From Wenzhouxiangella sp. (GTDB taxonomy: Bacteria; Pseudomonadota; Gammaproteobacteria; Xanthomonadales; Wenzhouxiangellaceae), in the NCBI GenBank assembly GCA_007694885.1, contig REEW01000075.1, positions 8,551 to 72,550 of the forward strand: 64,000 nt of DNA. Direction: 5' to 3'. Shown here in pieces: positions 1-12,188 of the stretch; position 1 is the stretch's first letter; each line of letters begins with the position of its first letter. The translations under genes and the position numbers were made by a program. The notes beneath the pieces were generated by a model that was not told where the DNA came from, made no database searches, and saw nothing but the letters and a program-made list of their open reading frames with translations.

Positions 1-262
1 GATGATTCGGGTGTTCAGCGCCATCCTGGTGCACGGCGTGGGTGACCCCAACGAGATGGCCGGCGGTATTTCCGAGGCCCTGATCACCACCGCCGCAGGC
101 CTGACCGTGGCGATTCCCGCGTTCTTTTTCTATCGCTATTTCCGCGGCCTGGTGCGCGACTACGTGCTCCAGATGGAGGCCCAGGCGCTGCAGCTTCTGC
201 AGGCGATCGAGTACGGTCAGATCAGTCGCCAGCGCTTTCATGCCCGGCCCGGGAAAACCTGA
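1..262 (+). CDS. exbB: MotA/TolQ/ExbB proton channel family protein (C-terminal part, 5'-truncated)
   Basis: GISEALITTAAGLTVAIPA signature; followed by exbD. Confidence 0.85.
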   Translation, partial: MIRVFSAILVHGVGDPNEMAGGISEALITTAAGLTVAIPAFFFYRYFRGLVRDYVLQMEAQALQLLQAIEYGQISRQRFHARPGKT

Positions 263-277
263 GCACAGGTTGCCGCG

Positions 278-703
278 ATGCGTCTTCAGGACCAGGAACA
301 CGAAGAACCGGAGATCAACCTGACCTCGTTGATCGACGTGGTTTTCCTGCTGCTGATCTTTTTCATGGTTTCGACCACCTTCGATCGCCAGTCTCTGCTT
401 CGCCTCGACCTGCCGGAGGCCGCGACCGCCGAGTCGGAGATCGTGCCGGACCTCATCGAGATCGTGATCACCGCCGATGGCGAGCTGTTCGTGGGTGACC
501 ATCTGGTCATCGACGCGCTTCGGTCGGCGGTGCGCGCCGCCCTGGCCGAGCGCCTGGCCGATCAGCCGGACGCCGCTGTCGTCATCCGGGCCGACGCCGA
601 GGCACCCCACAGGCTGGTCGTGCTCGCCCTGGACTCGGCCGCCGCGGAAGGGGTGCGTCGGGTCGGCATTGCCGCGCTGGAAGACGGCGGAGAGCGCCCT
701 TGA
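278..703 (+). CDS. exbD: ExbD/TolR biopolymer transport protein
   Basis: EINLTSLIDVVFLLLIFFMV TM motif; IRAD. Confidence 0.9.
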   Translation: MRLQDQEHEEPEINLTSLIDVVFLLLIFFMVSTTFDRQSLLRLDLPEAATAESEIVPDLIEIVITADGELFVGDHLVIDALRSAVRAALAERLADQPDAAVVIRADAEAPHRLVVLALDSAAAEGVRRVGIAALEDGGERP

Positions 704-2451
704 GCAGCCCGGCCGGCCAGGGGCCGCGCCTGTACCGCCGCCTGCTGGGATACGTGGGCCGCCAGCGCCACATCTTTGCCCTGGCGGTGCTGGCGGTGGC
801 TCTGGATGCGGCCGGGCAGGGGCTGTTTTTCTACCTGCTGCGGCCGCTGATCGACGACACCATCGCCACGCCCGAGCCGGTCTTGAGCCTGTGGCTTCCG
901 GCCCTGGTGATGGCGGCGGTGGTGCTCAGGATCCTGGGCAATTTCGGCGGCGTGTTCGGCATGGAGTGGGTTGGTCGTCGCCTGATCGCCGATCTGCGCG
1001 CCGACCTGTTTTCGCGCTACCTGGATCTGCCGGCTGCCTACTTCGACCGCCATTCGTCCGGGCAGATGATCTCGCGGGTGACTTACAACGCCGAACAGGT
1101 GGCCCAGGCAGCCACCACGGCGCTGATCGGCGCGGTCCGAGACGTCCTGACCGTGGTCGCGCTGCTGACCGTGATGCTGATCCAGTCCTGGCGACTGACC
1201 CTGACCATGCTGTTGCTGGTCCCGGTGATCGCCCTGGTCGTGACCGTGATCAGCCACCGGTTTCGCCGCATATCGACCCGTATCCAGGACTCCATGGGCG
1301 ACGTCACCCATGTCACCGAAGAAGCGGTCAATGGCCACGAGGTGATCAAGGTCTTCGGCGGAAAAGATCAGGAATTAGCAAATTTTTCAGTAATTAACGA
1401 AAACAATCGAAGGCTTCACCTGAAGCTGATTGCGACCCAGTTGCTGTCGTCCTCGATGATCCAGCTGGCCGCCGGTGTGGCGGTGATCGTTCTGCTGCTG
1501 ATGGCGGCCAGCGAATTCATGCGCGTCGAGGTCACGGCCGGCATCTTCATGTCGGTGCTGGCGGCCATGGTGGCCTGCATTCCGCCGCTCAAGCGCCTGA
1601 CCAAGATGCACGTGATCATCGAAAAGGGTCTGGCAGCGGCCGACAGCATCTTCGCCGTCCTCGACCGTCCGGCCGAACCCGACGAAGGGCATCTGGCGCC
1701 GGAGCGCGTGCGCGGCGACATTCGTTTCGAGTCGGTGCATTTCAGCTATCCGGAGTCCGGTCGGGCGACTCTGGAGGAGATCGATTTGCACCTGCCGGCC
1801 GGCAGCGTCACCGCCCTGGTCGGGCGTTCGGGCTCCGGCAAGACCACCCTGGTCAAGCTGCTGCCGCGCTTTTACCTGGCCGATTCGGGCCGGATCCTGA
1901 TCGACGGCGAGGATCTGCGCGACTACACCCTGGCCGCCCTGCGCCGGCAAATCGCGCTGGTCAGCCAGGACGTGGTCCTGTTCAACGACAGCGTGGCGGC
2001 CAACATCGGTTACGGTGTGATGGATCGGGTGTCGCCCGGTCAGATCGAGGCGGCAGCGCGTGCCGCCCATGCCATGGAATTCATCGAACGCTTGCCGCAG
2101 GGGATGGAGACCGCGATCGGCGAAGGCGGATCGCTGCTGTCCGGCGGACAGCGCCAGCGCCTGGCCATCGCCCGGGCCTTGCTCAAGGACGCGCCGATCC
2201 TGATCCTCGACGAGGCAACCTCGGCCCTGGACGCGGAGTCGGAAGGCCAGGTACAGGCTGCCCTGGAGGTGCTGATGGCCAACCGGACGACGCTGGTGAT
2301 CGCCCACCGCCTGGCCACGGTGCAGCGCGCCGATCAGGTCGTGGTGCTCGACCAGGGCCGGGTGCGCGAAGTCGGTACCCACCATTCGTTGCTGGAGCGC
2401 GAGAACGGACTGTACCGGCATCTGCACAAGCTTCAGCTGGTCGAGGACTGA
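700..2451 (+). CDS. msbA: Lipid A export ABC transporter MsbA
   Basis: TMD+NBD, GRSGSGKT, LSGGQ, ILDEATS; directly upstream of lpxK. Confidence 0.92.
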   Translation: MSSPAGQGPRLYRRLLGYVGRQRHIFALAVLAVALDAAGQGLFFYLLRPLIDDTIATPEPVLSLWLPALVMAAVVLRILGNFGGVFGMEWVGRRLIADLRADLFSRYLDLPAAYFDRHSSGQMISRVTYNAEQVAQAATTALIGAVRDVLTVVALLTVMLIQSWRLTLTMLLLVPVIALVVTVISHRFRRISTRIQDSMGDVTHVTEEAVNGHEVIKVFGGKDQELANFSVINENNRRLHLKLIATQLLSSSMIQLAAGVAVIVLLLMAASEFMRVEVTAGIFMSVLAAMVACIPPLKRLTKMHVIIEKGLAAADSIFAVLDRPAEPDEGHLAPERVRGDIRFESVHFSYPESGRATLEEIDLHLPAGSVTALVGRSGSGKTTLVKLLPRFYLADSGRILIDGEDLRDYTLAALRRQIALVSQDVVLFNDSVAANIGYGVMDRVSPGQIEAAARAAHAMEFIERLPQGMETAIGEGGSLLSGGQRQRLAIARALLKDAPILILDEATSALDAESEGQVQAALEVLMANRTTLVIAHRLATVQRADQVVVLDQGRVREVGTHHSLLERENGLYRHLHKLQLVED

Positions 2452-2459
2452 TCGCGACG

Positions 2460-3443
2460 ATGCGCCGTGCCCTGGAGCGCTACGCGCGGCGGTTGTGGTA
2501 CGGGAGCGCCGAACCCGGTCCGGCCTGGCGGCTGGCCGCCGGCCTGCACCGGGCGGCTCTGGGCCGCCGCTGGCAGCGACCGGCCGAGCGCCCCTCGCGG
2601 CCGGTTGTGCTGGTCGGCAACCTGACCGTCGGCGGCAGCGGCAAGACCCCCGTGGTGATGGCACTGGCCCGGTTGCTGACTGCCCGCGGTCTGCGCGTGG
2701 CCATCATCAGTCGCGGTTACGGCGGCCGCCGAACCAGCCGGCCGCGCCGCGTCAACAGCGCTGACGATCCGCGCCAGGTCGGCGACGAGCCGGCCATGAT
2801 GGCCGGCTCCAGCGAGGTGCCGGTGTGGATCGGCGTCGACCGCCGCCGGGTCTTCGAGGCGGCCGTTGCGGCCGGTGCCGAGGTGGTTTTGTCGGACGAT
2901 GGCCTGCAGCACCGGGCGCTGCCGCGCAGCTTCGAGATCGTGGTCATCGACGGCGAACGCGGCCTTGGCAACGGTTTCTTGCTACCGGCCGGTCCGTTGC
3001 GCTCGCCGCCGGAGCGAATGGCTCAGGCCGATGCGGTGGTCGTCCGCGGCCCCTGCGACGGGCCGTCGTTGCCGGGACAGGTGTTTGAACTGGAGGCCTC
3101 GGCGCTGGTCGAGCTGAACGGTTCGGACCGGCGTGGGCCGGACGGTCTGGCCGGCCGACAGGTCAGCGCGGTGTGCGGCATCGGCAACCCGGATCAGTTC
3201 GCCGCCCAGCTTGGCCGGCTCGGCATGCGGGTCGAGCTGTTTGCGTTTCCCGATCACCACGTCTATCGCGCGGGTGATCTGGACGGGATTCCCGGTCCTG
3301 TCGTCACCACGGCCAAGGATGCGGTCAAGCTGCGAACGCTGGGCTCCCTGCCGGAGCGGGTGTGGGTGCTCGAAGTCCAGGCCCGGCTACCGCAGCCCCT
3401 GGTCGATTCGGTGCTGACCCATGTGGGACAATTCAGGCCATGA
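2460..3443 (+). CDS. lpxK: Tetraacyldisaccharide 4'-kinase
   Basis: [35 protein letters not shown]. Confidence 0.95.
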   Translation: MRRALERYARRLWYGSAEPGPAWRLAAGLHRAALGRRWQRPAERPSRPVVLVGNLTVGGSGKTPVVMALARLLTARGLRVAIISRGYGGRRTSRPRRVNSADDPRQVGDEPAMMAGSSEVPVWIGVDRRRVFEAAVAAGAEVVLSDDGLQHRALPRSFEIVVIDGERGLGNGFLLPAGPLRSPPERMAQADAVVVRGPCDGPSLPGQVFELEASALVELNGSDRRGPDGLAGRQVSAVCGIGNPDQFAAQLGRLGMRVELFAFPDHHVYRAGDLDGIPGPVVTTAKDAVKLRTLGSLPERVWVLEVQARLPQPLVDSVLTHVGQFRP

Positions 3444-4201
3444 GCGTTCGCTTTCATCTGCTGATTCCGGCGCGCATGGCGTCGGCGCGCCTGCCCGGCA
3501 AACCGCTGGCCATGCTCGACGGACAGCCGCTGGTGGTGCGCGTACTTCAGTGCGCGCTGGCGGCCGGGGCCGAAACCGTGCACGTGGCGACCGACAGCGA
3601 AGCGGTCGCGGCCGCCGTCGCCGCCGCCGGCGGCCGATTCATCATGACCCGGCCTGATCACCTGTCCGGAACGGATCGTCTGGCCGAGGCTGCGGCCAGG
3701 ATGAACCTGGACGATGAGGACATCGTGGTCAATCTGCAGGGCGACGAGCCGCTGATGCCGTCCGCCTGCCTGCACCAGGTCGCGGCTTTGCTCCACGCCG
3801 ACCCCGGTGCGCAGTTGGCGACACTGTGGCTTCCGATCCTCGATGAGCATGAATGGGAAGACCCGAACGTGGTCAAAGTCGTCAGCGACCGGTACGGCCG
3901 GGCCTTGTATTTTTCGCGCGCGCCGATTCCCTGGCCGCGCGCCGGCGGTTTCCAGGCCGGCCGTGCCCGTCGCCATATCGGCCTGTATGCCTACCGGGCG
4001 CGGGCCTTGCGCGAGTGGGCCGGCCTGCCGCCGGCCGAGCTCGAACAGCTGGAGTCGCTGGAGCAGCTGCGCGCGCTCGCGGCCGGCTGGCGCATCATCG
4101 GCGCCCAGGCCTGCGCGCCGATTCCGCCGGGCATCGATACGCCGCAGGACCTGGCCCGTTTGCAGGGCCGATTTGTCAAAGCCAACTCACTGGACCAATG
4201 A
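3440..4201 (+). CDS. kdsB: 3-deoxy-manno-octulosonate cytidylyltransferase
   Basis: IPARMASARLPGKPL, SGTDR, NLQGDEP, LEQLRAL; ATG overlaps the lpxK stop (ATGA). Confidence 0.95.
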   Translation: MSVRFHLLIPARMASARLPGKPLAMLDGQPLVVRVLQCALAAGAETVHVATDSEAVAAAVAAAGGRFIMTRPDHLSGTDRLAEAAARMNLDDEDIVVNLQGDEPLMPSACLHQVAALLHADPGAQLATLWLPILDEHEWEDPNVVKVVSDRYGRALYFSRAPIPWPRAGGFQAGRARRHIGLYAYRARALREWAGLPPAELEQLESLEQLRALAAGWRIIGAQACAPIPPGIDTPQDLARLQGRFVKANSLDQ

Positions 4202-4205
4202 ACGC

Positions 4206-4669
4206 ATGAACAGTCTGTTATTCGTCTGCCTCGGAAATATCTGTCGCAGCCCGACCGCCAAGGCCGTGTTCGACTACAAGCTCGCCCAGGCCGAGATGCC
4301 CCTGCTGACCGATTCGGCAGGCACCGGCGACTGGCACATCGGCAAGCCGCCGGATCCGCGCTCGCAGGCGTTCGCGCGCGCCTGGGGCGTGGACATCAGC
4401 GCTCAGCGGGCGCGCCGGATCTGCGCGGCTGACTTCGACCGGTTCGATCGGATCTACGCCATGGACCGATCGAACCTGGCCGACATCCAGGCCATGGCAT
4501 CGCCGGGTTGCCGGGCCCGGATCGACCTGGTCATGAGCCTGGCCCCGGAGTACGGGATCGAGGAAGTCCCGGACCCCTACTACGGGGGCGATACCGGTTT
4601 TCAGCGCGTCATCGACATGCTGTCCGAAGCCGCCGACCGCTTGATCGAGGAGTTGCAGCAGCCGCGAAA

Positions 4670-4673
<4 letters not shown>
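4206..4673 (+). CDS. Low molecular weight protein-tyrosine phosphatase
   Basis: FVCLGNICRSP P-loop, DSAGT, DPYYG. Confidence 0.92.
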
Positions 4674-6502
<1,829 letters not shown>

Positions 6503-6636
6503 GACCGGCGCGGTCGGCGCCCCGTCGCTGAACCGGAAATTCCTCATTTCTTCCCCAATCCCGCGAATTGGCTTCCGGTCCTGACCCGGATCCGGAATTG
6601 CGGGATAATCGGGTTCTTCCTTTTGGAACCGGCCGC

Positions 6637-7197
6637 GTGCAGCTGACCATCCCAACCCTGCTGACCTTGCTCAGAATCGTCCTGATTCCGGTGCTGGTCA
6701 TCGTCTTCTATCTGCCGGCCGCGTGGGCCAACGTGGCCGCGCTGGCGATTTTCATCGTCGCCGGCATCACCGACTGGCTGGACGGCTGGATCGCCCGCCG
6801 CTACGGAATGACCAGCGCCTTCGGCGCCTTTCTCGATCCGGTGGCCGACAAGCTCATGGTTGCGGTTGCCCTGATTCTCATCGTTCAGCGCAATCCCGAC
6901 GTCTGGCTGGCGGTGCCGGCGGCGGTGATCATCGGCCGCGAGATCACGGTCTCGGCCCTGCGCGAGTGGATGGCCGAACTCGGCGAGGGCGCGCGGGTCC
7001 GGGTCGCCTGGACCGGCAAGTTCAAGACCATTCTGCAAATGGTCGCCATCGGCTTCCTGCTGTATCGCGAGCCGCTACTGGGCCTGCCGGTGCTGACCAT
7101 CGGCACCGTTTTGCTCGTGGCTGCGGCCGTCCTGACCATTCTTTCCATGATCAGCTACCTGCGCGCGGCCTGGCCGGCCGTGCAGCGGCAGCGTTGA
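6637..7197 (+). CDS. pgsA: CDP-diacylglycerol--glycerol-3-phosphate 3-phosphatidyltransferase
   Basis: TDWLDGWIARR..FGAFLDPVADK CDP-alcohol motif; follows uvrC; GTG start inferred. Confidence 0.92.
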   Translation: MQLTIPTLLTLLRIVLIPVLVIVFYLPAAWANVAALAIFIVAGITDWLDGWIARRYGMTSAFGAFLDPVADKLMVAVALILIVQRNPDVWLAVPAAVIIGREITVSALREWMAELGEGARVRVAWTGKFKTILQMVAIGFLLYREPLLGLPVLTIGTVLLVAAAVLTILSMISYLRAAWPAVQRQR

Positions 7198-7212
7198 CCG
7201 ACTGACGAACCC

Positions 7213-8046
7213 ATGGCAAAACCGCTCCGAAAAAAATCGACCCTGGCCGAACGCGCCGATCGTCATCGACTTTATGAAGATAGCGTCCAGGACCCGGACA
7301 CCGAGCTGGAATTCGTTGCCGATACCTTTGTGGCGCTGACCGGGCGACCGCTCAAACGCATTCGCGAGGATTTTTGCGGGACGGGCAACACGGCCTGTGC
7401 CTGGGTCAGGCTGGGCGAAGATCATCGGGCGATCGGGGTCGACCTGGACCCGGCGGTGCTGGCCTGGGGACGAGAGCACCATCTCGGGGCCCTGAAGCGT
7501 CGCCAGCGCGAGCGGATCGAGCTGATCGAGGCCGACGTGCTGAGCGTCGACACCGGGCCCGTGGACGCCGTCCTGGCGATGAATTTCAGCTACTACCTGT
7601 TTACCCGGCGCGATCTGCTGCGGGCCTATTTCGAGCGCGCCCGGGCGGCGCTGTGCGACGACGGCGTCCTGTTTCTGGACGCCTTTGGCGGCTACGACGC
7701 CCATCGCGAAATCGAGGAGCGCACCGAGTACGACGACTTCACCTACGTCTGGGACCAGGCCAGCTTCGACCCCATCCACCACCACATGACCTGCCGGATT
7801 CACTTCGAGTTTCCGGACGGCTCCGAGCTGAAAAACGCCTTCGAGTACCACTGGCGCCTGTGGACCCTGCCCGAGATTCGCGAGCTGCTGCTGGAGGCCG
7901 GATTCGCCCGTGCGACCATTTACTGGGAGGGCACCGACGAGGAAACCGGTGAGGGCGACGGCGAGTATTCGCCGTCCGAGATCGGCGACGCCGATGCCGG
8001 CTGGATTTGCTACCTGGTCGCCGAGAAGACGGTGCTCGGGTCCTGA
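7213..8046 (+). CDS. Class I SAM-dependent methyltransferase
   Basis: REDFCGTG motif I, GVDLD, ADVL. Confidence 0.75.
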   Translation: MAKPLRKKSTLAERADRHRLYEDSVQDPDTELEFVADTFVALTGRPLKRIREDFCGTGNTACAWVRLGEDHRAIGVDLDPAVLAWGREHHLGALKRRQRERIELIEADVLSVDTGPVDAVLAMNFSYYLFTRRDLLRAYFERARAALCDDGVLFLDAFGGYDAHREIEERTEYDDFTYVWDQASFDPIHHHMTCRIHFEFPDGSELKNAFEYHWRLWTLPEIRELLLEAGFARATIYWEGTDEETGEGDGEYSPSEIGDADAGWICYLVAEKTVLGS

Positions 8047-8101
8047 GGCCAGGGCACGACCGCAACGATTGATTCGACAGAACGACAAGGGACTTTGACC
8101 A

Positions 8102-9478
8102 ATGACGACACACCGAACCGAACGTGACAGCATGGGCGCGCTGGACGTGCCGGCCGACGCGCTGTGGGGAGCACAAACCCAGCGCGCCATCGACAATTTT
8201 CCGATCAGCGGCCAGCCCATGCCGGCCGCCTTCATCCGCGCGCTGGGGTTGATCAAGAGCGCCTGTGCCGAAGCCAACCTGGAACTGGAACTGCTCGACA
8301 AGCCCAGGGCCGACGCGATCATCCAGGCTGCGGGGGAGGTTGCAGCAAACCAGTACGATGACCATTTCCCGGTCGATGTCTACCAGACCGGTTCGGGTAC
8401 GAGTTCGAACATGAACGCCAACGAGGTCATCGCGCGCCTGGCCGGCGCCGACGGCGAGCTTGGCGTGCATCCCAACGACCACGTCAACATGAGCCAGAGC
8501 TCGAACGACGTGATCCCGACCGCGATCCAGGTCAGCGCCTGCCTGGTGACGGCCGAGCACCTGCTGCCCGCGCTCAAGCATCTCCACGACGTGCTGAACC
8601 GCCGCGCCGAAGAGCTCGCCACCGTGGCCAAGACCGGTCGCACCCACCTGATGGACGCCATGCCGGTGACCCTGGGCCAGGAGCTGGAGTCCTGGGCGGC
8701 GCAGATCGCCAGCAGCTACGACCGCCTGACCGACACCCTGGCACGCAGCCGGCGACTGCCCCAGGGCGGCACGGCGGTGGGCACCGGCATCAACGCCCAT
8801 CCGGAATTCGGTGAGCGGGTCGCGGCAGCCCTGGCCAGGTCCACCGGTTTCGAGTTCGAGTCGGCCGCCAACAAGTTCGAGGGGATCGGCAGCCAGGACG
8901 TGGCGGTGGAACTGTCGGGGCAGCTCAAGACCCTGGCGGTGGCCCTGATGAAGATTGCCAACGATCTGCGCTGGATGAACTCCGGGCCGCTGGCCGGTCT
9001 TGGCGAGATCGAACTGCAGGCCCTGCAGCCCGGCTCCTCGATCATGCCCGGCAAGGTCAACCCGGTGATCCCGGAAGCGGTTTGCATGGTCGCCGCGCGG
9101 GTGATCGGCAACGATGCCACGATCACCGTGGCCGGACAATCCGGCAATTTCCAGCTCAACGTGATGCTGCCGGTGATTGCCGCCACTTTGCTCGAAAGCC
9201 TCGATATCCTCGGCAACGTCACCGTCTTGCTGGCCGACCGGGCCATCGCCACGTTCAAGGTGCGCAGCGACAACCTGGAAAAGGCGCTGGCCAAAAACCC
9301 CATCCTGGTGACCGCGCTGAACCGCGTCATCGGCTACGAAAAGGGCGCAGCCGCCGCCAAGCAGGCCTACGCCGAGGGCCGCGCGATCATCGACGTGGCC
9401 CTGGAGGTCAGCGACCTGTCGCGCGAGGAGCTCGAGACGCTTCTCGATCCCCTGAAGCTGACCCGCGGCGGGCTGTAG
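8102..9478 (+). CDS. fumC: Class II fumarate hydratase
   Basis: [33 protein letters not shown]. Confidence 0.95.
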   Translation: MTTHRTERDSMGALDVPADALWGAQTQRAIDNFPISGQPMPAAFIRALGLIKSACAEANLELELLDKPRADAIIQAAGEVAANQYDDHFPVDVYQTGSGTSSNMNANEVIARLAGADGELGVHPNDHVNMSQSSNDVIPTAIQVSACLVTAEHLLPALKHLHDVLNRRAEELATVAKTGRTHLMDAMPVTLGQELESWAAQIASSYDRLTDTLARSRRLPQGGTAVGTGINAHPEFGERVAAALARSTGFEFESAANKFEGIGSQDVAVELSGQLKTLAVALMKIANDLRWMNSGPLAGLGEIELQALQPGSSIMPGKVNPVIPEAVCMVAARVIGNDATITVAGQSGNFQLNVMLPVIAATLLESLDILGNVTVLLADRAIATFKVRSDNLEKALAKNPILVTALNRVIGYEKGAAAAKQAYAEGRAIIDVALEVSDLSREELETLLDPLKLTRGGL

Positions 9479-9515
9479 CCCTTACCGCGAGCCCGATCCT
9501 CCGGGGAATGAGTCG

Positions 9516-10016
9516 ATGCGCTGGCGTCCGCCGCCGGAAAAATCCAGCCCGTACATCACCCCGGCCGGGTTTCGTCGCCTGCGCGACGAGCTGGCCGGGC
9601 TGTGGCCGCGGCGACGGGAAGTGGTGGCCGCCCTGAGCGCGGCCGCCGCCGAAGGCGACCGCTCGGAGAATGCCGAATACATCTATCGCAAGAAGCAGCT
9701 GCGCGAGATGGATCGCCGCATCCGCTACCTGCAAAAGCGGCTCGATGTCCTCAAGCCGGTCGATCGACCGCCGTCCGATCCGAACCGGGTGTTTTTCGGC
9801 GCGCGCGTGGAGGTCGAGGACGAGTCCGGCGAGCGCGAACGCCTCCGGCTTGTCGGCGCCGACGAGATCGACTGCGAGCCGGGCGCGGTTTCGGTCGACT
9901 CGCCGGTTGCCAGGGCGCTTTTGGGACGTGGCCTGGACGACGAAGTCACGATTGCCGTACCGGCCGGCCAGCGTCGTCTGGTGATTGTCGGGATCGACTA
10001 CGACGCACCCGAATGA
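9516..10016 (+). CDS. greB: Transcription elongation factor GreB
   Basis: [31 protein letters not shown]. Confidence 0.92.
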   Translation: MRWRPPPEKSSPYITPAGFRRLRDELAGLWPRRREVVAALSAAAAEGDRSENAEYIYRKKQLREMDRRIRYLQKRLDVLKPVDRPPSDPNRVFFGARVEVEDESGERERLRLVGADEIDCEPGAVSVDSPVARALLGRGLDDEVTIAVPAGQRRLVIVGIDYDAPE

Positions 10017-10028
10017 TCTCTCCCGGGG

Positions 10029-10057
10029 CTTGAAACTTCTCACCAGAGAGACCATCT
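10029..10057 (+). promoter_or_regulatory. sigma32 (RpoH)-type heat-shock promoter of ibpA
   Basis: CTTGAAA-N14-GACCATCT versus consensus CTTGAAA-N13-17-CCCCATNT, upstream of a small heat shock gene. Confidence 0.65.
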
Positions 10058-10062
10058 AAGCA

Positions 10063-10162
10063 AGCGAGGACGCCGCAAGGGTCTTCGATCGGATCTGGCC
10101 TGCACCGCAGGTGGATCGTCAACCAACTTTACTTATTGCTTCCAATGGAGGATAAGACCATG
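10063..10162 (+). promoter_or_regulatory. ROSE-like RNA thermometer in ibpA 5' UTR
   Basis: Two upstream hairpins, then CTTAT-TGCT-TCCAATGGAGGATAAG (10132-10156); the UUGCU motif pairs with the GGAGG SD with a bulged G. Confidence 0.75.
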
Positions 10163-10621
10163 ACCAACTTTGATCTCACACCCCTGTACCGCACCGCGAT
10201 CGGCTTTGATCGCCTGGCCGACATGCTGTCGACCGCTTCCCGCGTCGATTCCAGCGGTTACCCGCCGTACAACATCGAGTCGCTGGGCGAGGACCACTAC
10301 CGCATCACCATGGCGGTGGCCGGTTTCGCCGAAGACGAGCTTGACATTGTCAGCGAGCGCAACACCCTGACCGTGTCCGGCAACAAGCAGGAGAGCACGC
10401 AGTCCGATGACAGCGAGCTGCTGTATCGAGGCATCGCAACGCGTTCGTTCGAGCGTCGCTTTCAGCTTGCCGACCACGTCGAAGTGGAAGGTGCCCGGCT
10501 GGAAAACGGCTTGCTCCACATCGAACTCAAGCGCGAGCTGCCCGAGCAGATGAAAGCGCGCAAGATCGAGATCGGCAGCGGCCGCCTGATCGACAGCGAA
10601 GACAAGGCAAAAGCAGCCTGA
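10160..10621 (+). CDS. ibpA: Small heat shock protein (Hsp20, IbpA-like)
   Basis: FDLTPLYRTAIGFDRL, YPPYNIE, LYRGIA, LENGLL, C-terminal IEI. Confidence 0.93.
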   Translation: MTNFDLTPLYRTAIGFDRLADMLSTASRVDSSGYPPYNIESLGEDHYRITMAVAGFAEDELDIVSERNTLTVSGNKQESTQSDDSELLYRGIATRSFERRFQLADHVEVEGARLENGLLHIELKRELPEQMKARKIEIGSGRLIDSEDKAKAA

Positions 10622-10652
10622 GAAAGAATCGCAGGACTTTTTGCCAAGGTAT

Positions 10653-10681
10653 GGGGCGCCCGATTTCGGGCGCCTCTTTTT
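10653..10681 (+). terminator. Rho-independent terminator after ibpA
   Basis: GGGGCGCCCG-attt-CGGGCGCCTC followed by a T run. Confidence 0.8.
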
Positions 10682-10712
10682 ATGAGCTTCTTTTATGTAC
10701 GATAATGGCCTG

Positions 10713-11465
10713 ATGTCCGCTTCCCTGGCCAAAACCCCTTTCTGGCTCGCCCTGTATCCGCTCTGGCAGTGGCTGGTTTTCGTCCCGATCGCCGTTCTGG
10801 TGACCGTCATGGGTGGGCTTCTCGCCGTGCCGACCGCGCTGGTCTCTCCGCGTGCGGCCAACCTCCAGATCGCCGTGCGCTGGGCCCGGATCCTGACCCG
10901 ACTGACCCCGGCCCGGGTCGAAGTCGAAGGACTGGAACACGTCGATCCGGATCGATCCTATGTCGTGGTGGCCAACCATCAGAGTCAGTTCGATATCCCG
11001 CTGATCTACGGCTACAGCCGTCTCGACCTGCGCTGGGTGATGAAAGCCGAATTGCACCGGATTCCGTTCGTTGCCGCCGGTTGCCGGGCGATCGGACACA
11101 TCTTCATCGATCGGACCGATCCCTCGCAGGCGCGCCAGGCCATCAATGCCGCGGTCGCGCGGCTTGAGCCGGGCACCGGCATCCTGTTTTTTGCCGAAGG
11201 AACCCGCAGCCGCAGCGGCAACCTGCTGCCGTTCAAGAAAGGGGCTTTTCGGGTTGCCATTGACCAGCAGTTGGACATCCTGCCGATGACCGTGATCGGC
11301 ACCCGCGACGTCCTGGCTTCCGGCAGCCTGCGCCTGCGCCCCGGTACCGTCCGGCTCCGAATTCATCCGCCCATCCATACTCGTGGTTGCTCGCTGCACG
11401 ATCTGGATTCCCTGCGCCGGCAGACGCGCAGCGTCATCGCTGACGGACTGCGCCGGGCCAACTGA
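10713..11465 (+). CDS. Lysophospholipid (1-acyl-sn-glycerol-3-phosphate) acyltransferase, PlsC family
   Basis: ANHQSQFD (HX4D), FIDR, FAEGTRS, PFKKGAF. Confidence 0.88.
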   Translation: MSASLAKTPFWLALYPLWQWLVFVPIAVLVTVMGGLLAVPTALVSPRAANLQIAVRWARILTRLTPARVEVEGLEHVDPDRSYVVVANHQSQFDIPLIYGYSRLDLRWVMKAELHRIPFVAAGCRAIGHIFIDRTDPSQARQAINAAVARLEPGTGILFFAEGTRSRSGNLLPFKKGAFRVAIDQQLDILPMTVIGTRDVLASGSLRLRPGTVRLRIHPPIHTRGCSLHDLDSLRRQTRSVIADGLRRAN

Positions 11466-12175
11466 TGCAGCTGCGCGTTCCCGATCCCGACTACGCCAGC
11501 TCCAAGAGGGCGCAGACCAGCTTTTTGCTGGCGGTGAAACTGTCGCTGGCCTTCGTGGCGCTGGTCTGGCTGGTGCACGGCTTCCAGGCCCTGACCGGAC
11601 TCGAGCTGGCCCGTTTCGGTTTGCGGCCGCGCGATGGCGCGGGTCTGGCCGGCTTGATCACCACGCCCCTTCTGCACGGCAATCTCGCCCACCTGCTGTC
11701 GAATTCCATGCCGTTGTTCGTCGGCGGCGTCGCCATCCTGTTTTTGTATCCGAACTCGTCTTTGCGCGTGCTGCCCCTGCTGTACGTGGGCAGTGCCGCC
11801 CTGGCCTGGACATTTGCCCGTCCCAGCATCCACATCGGCGCCAGCGGCCTGGTCTACGGGATTCTGACCTACGTCTTCATTGCCGGCATTCTGCGCCGGG
11901 ACGTGCGCTCGGTCGGGGTTTCGCTGATGGTCTGGTTTTTCTACGGCTCCATGGTCTGGGGGGTGTTCCCCGTGGCTCCGCGCATGAGCTGGGAGCTGCA
12001 CGCCAGCGGCCTGTTCCTGGGGCTGGTCCTGGCCTGGCTGTACCGCGACTGGGATCGGGCGCCGGTCAAGCGCTACGACTGGGAGCTGGAAGACGACGAG
12101 GACGATGAGGGCGATGAGACAGGTGTTCACTTCGATGACGATGACGGGTCCGAGCCGGACCGGCGCTGGCATTAG
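11465..12175 (+). CDS. Rhomboid family intramembrane serine protease
   Basis: LLHGNLAHLLSN, IGASG, SWELH; acidic C-terminal tail. Confidence 0.88.
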   Translation: MQLRVPDPDYASSKRAQTSFLLAVKLSLAFVALVWLVHGFQALTGLELARFGLRPRDGAGLAGLITTPLLHGNLAHLLSNSMPLFVGGVAILFLYPNSSLRVLPLLYVGSAALAWTFARPSIHIGASGLVYGILTYVFIAGILRRDVRSVGVSLMVWFFYGSMVWGVFPVAPRMSWELHASGLFLGLVLAWLYRDWDRAPVKRYDWELEDDEDDEGDETGVHFDDDDGSEPDRRWH

Positions 12176-12188
12176 TGGCCACTAGCTG

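Noticed and set aside
7198-7212. tRNA-Gly/Cys/Leu cluster often found after pgsA
   Set aside because: Only 15 bp separate pgsA from the next CDS; no tRNA structure.
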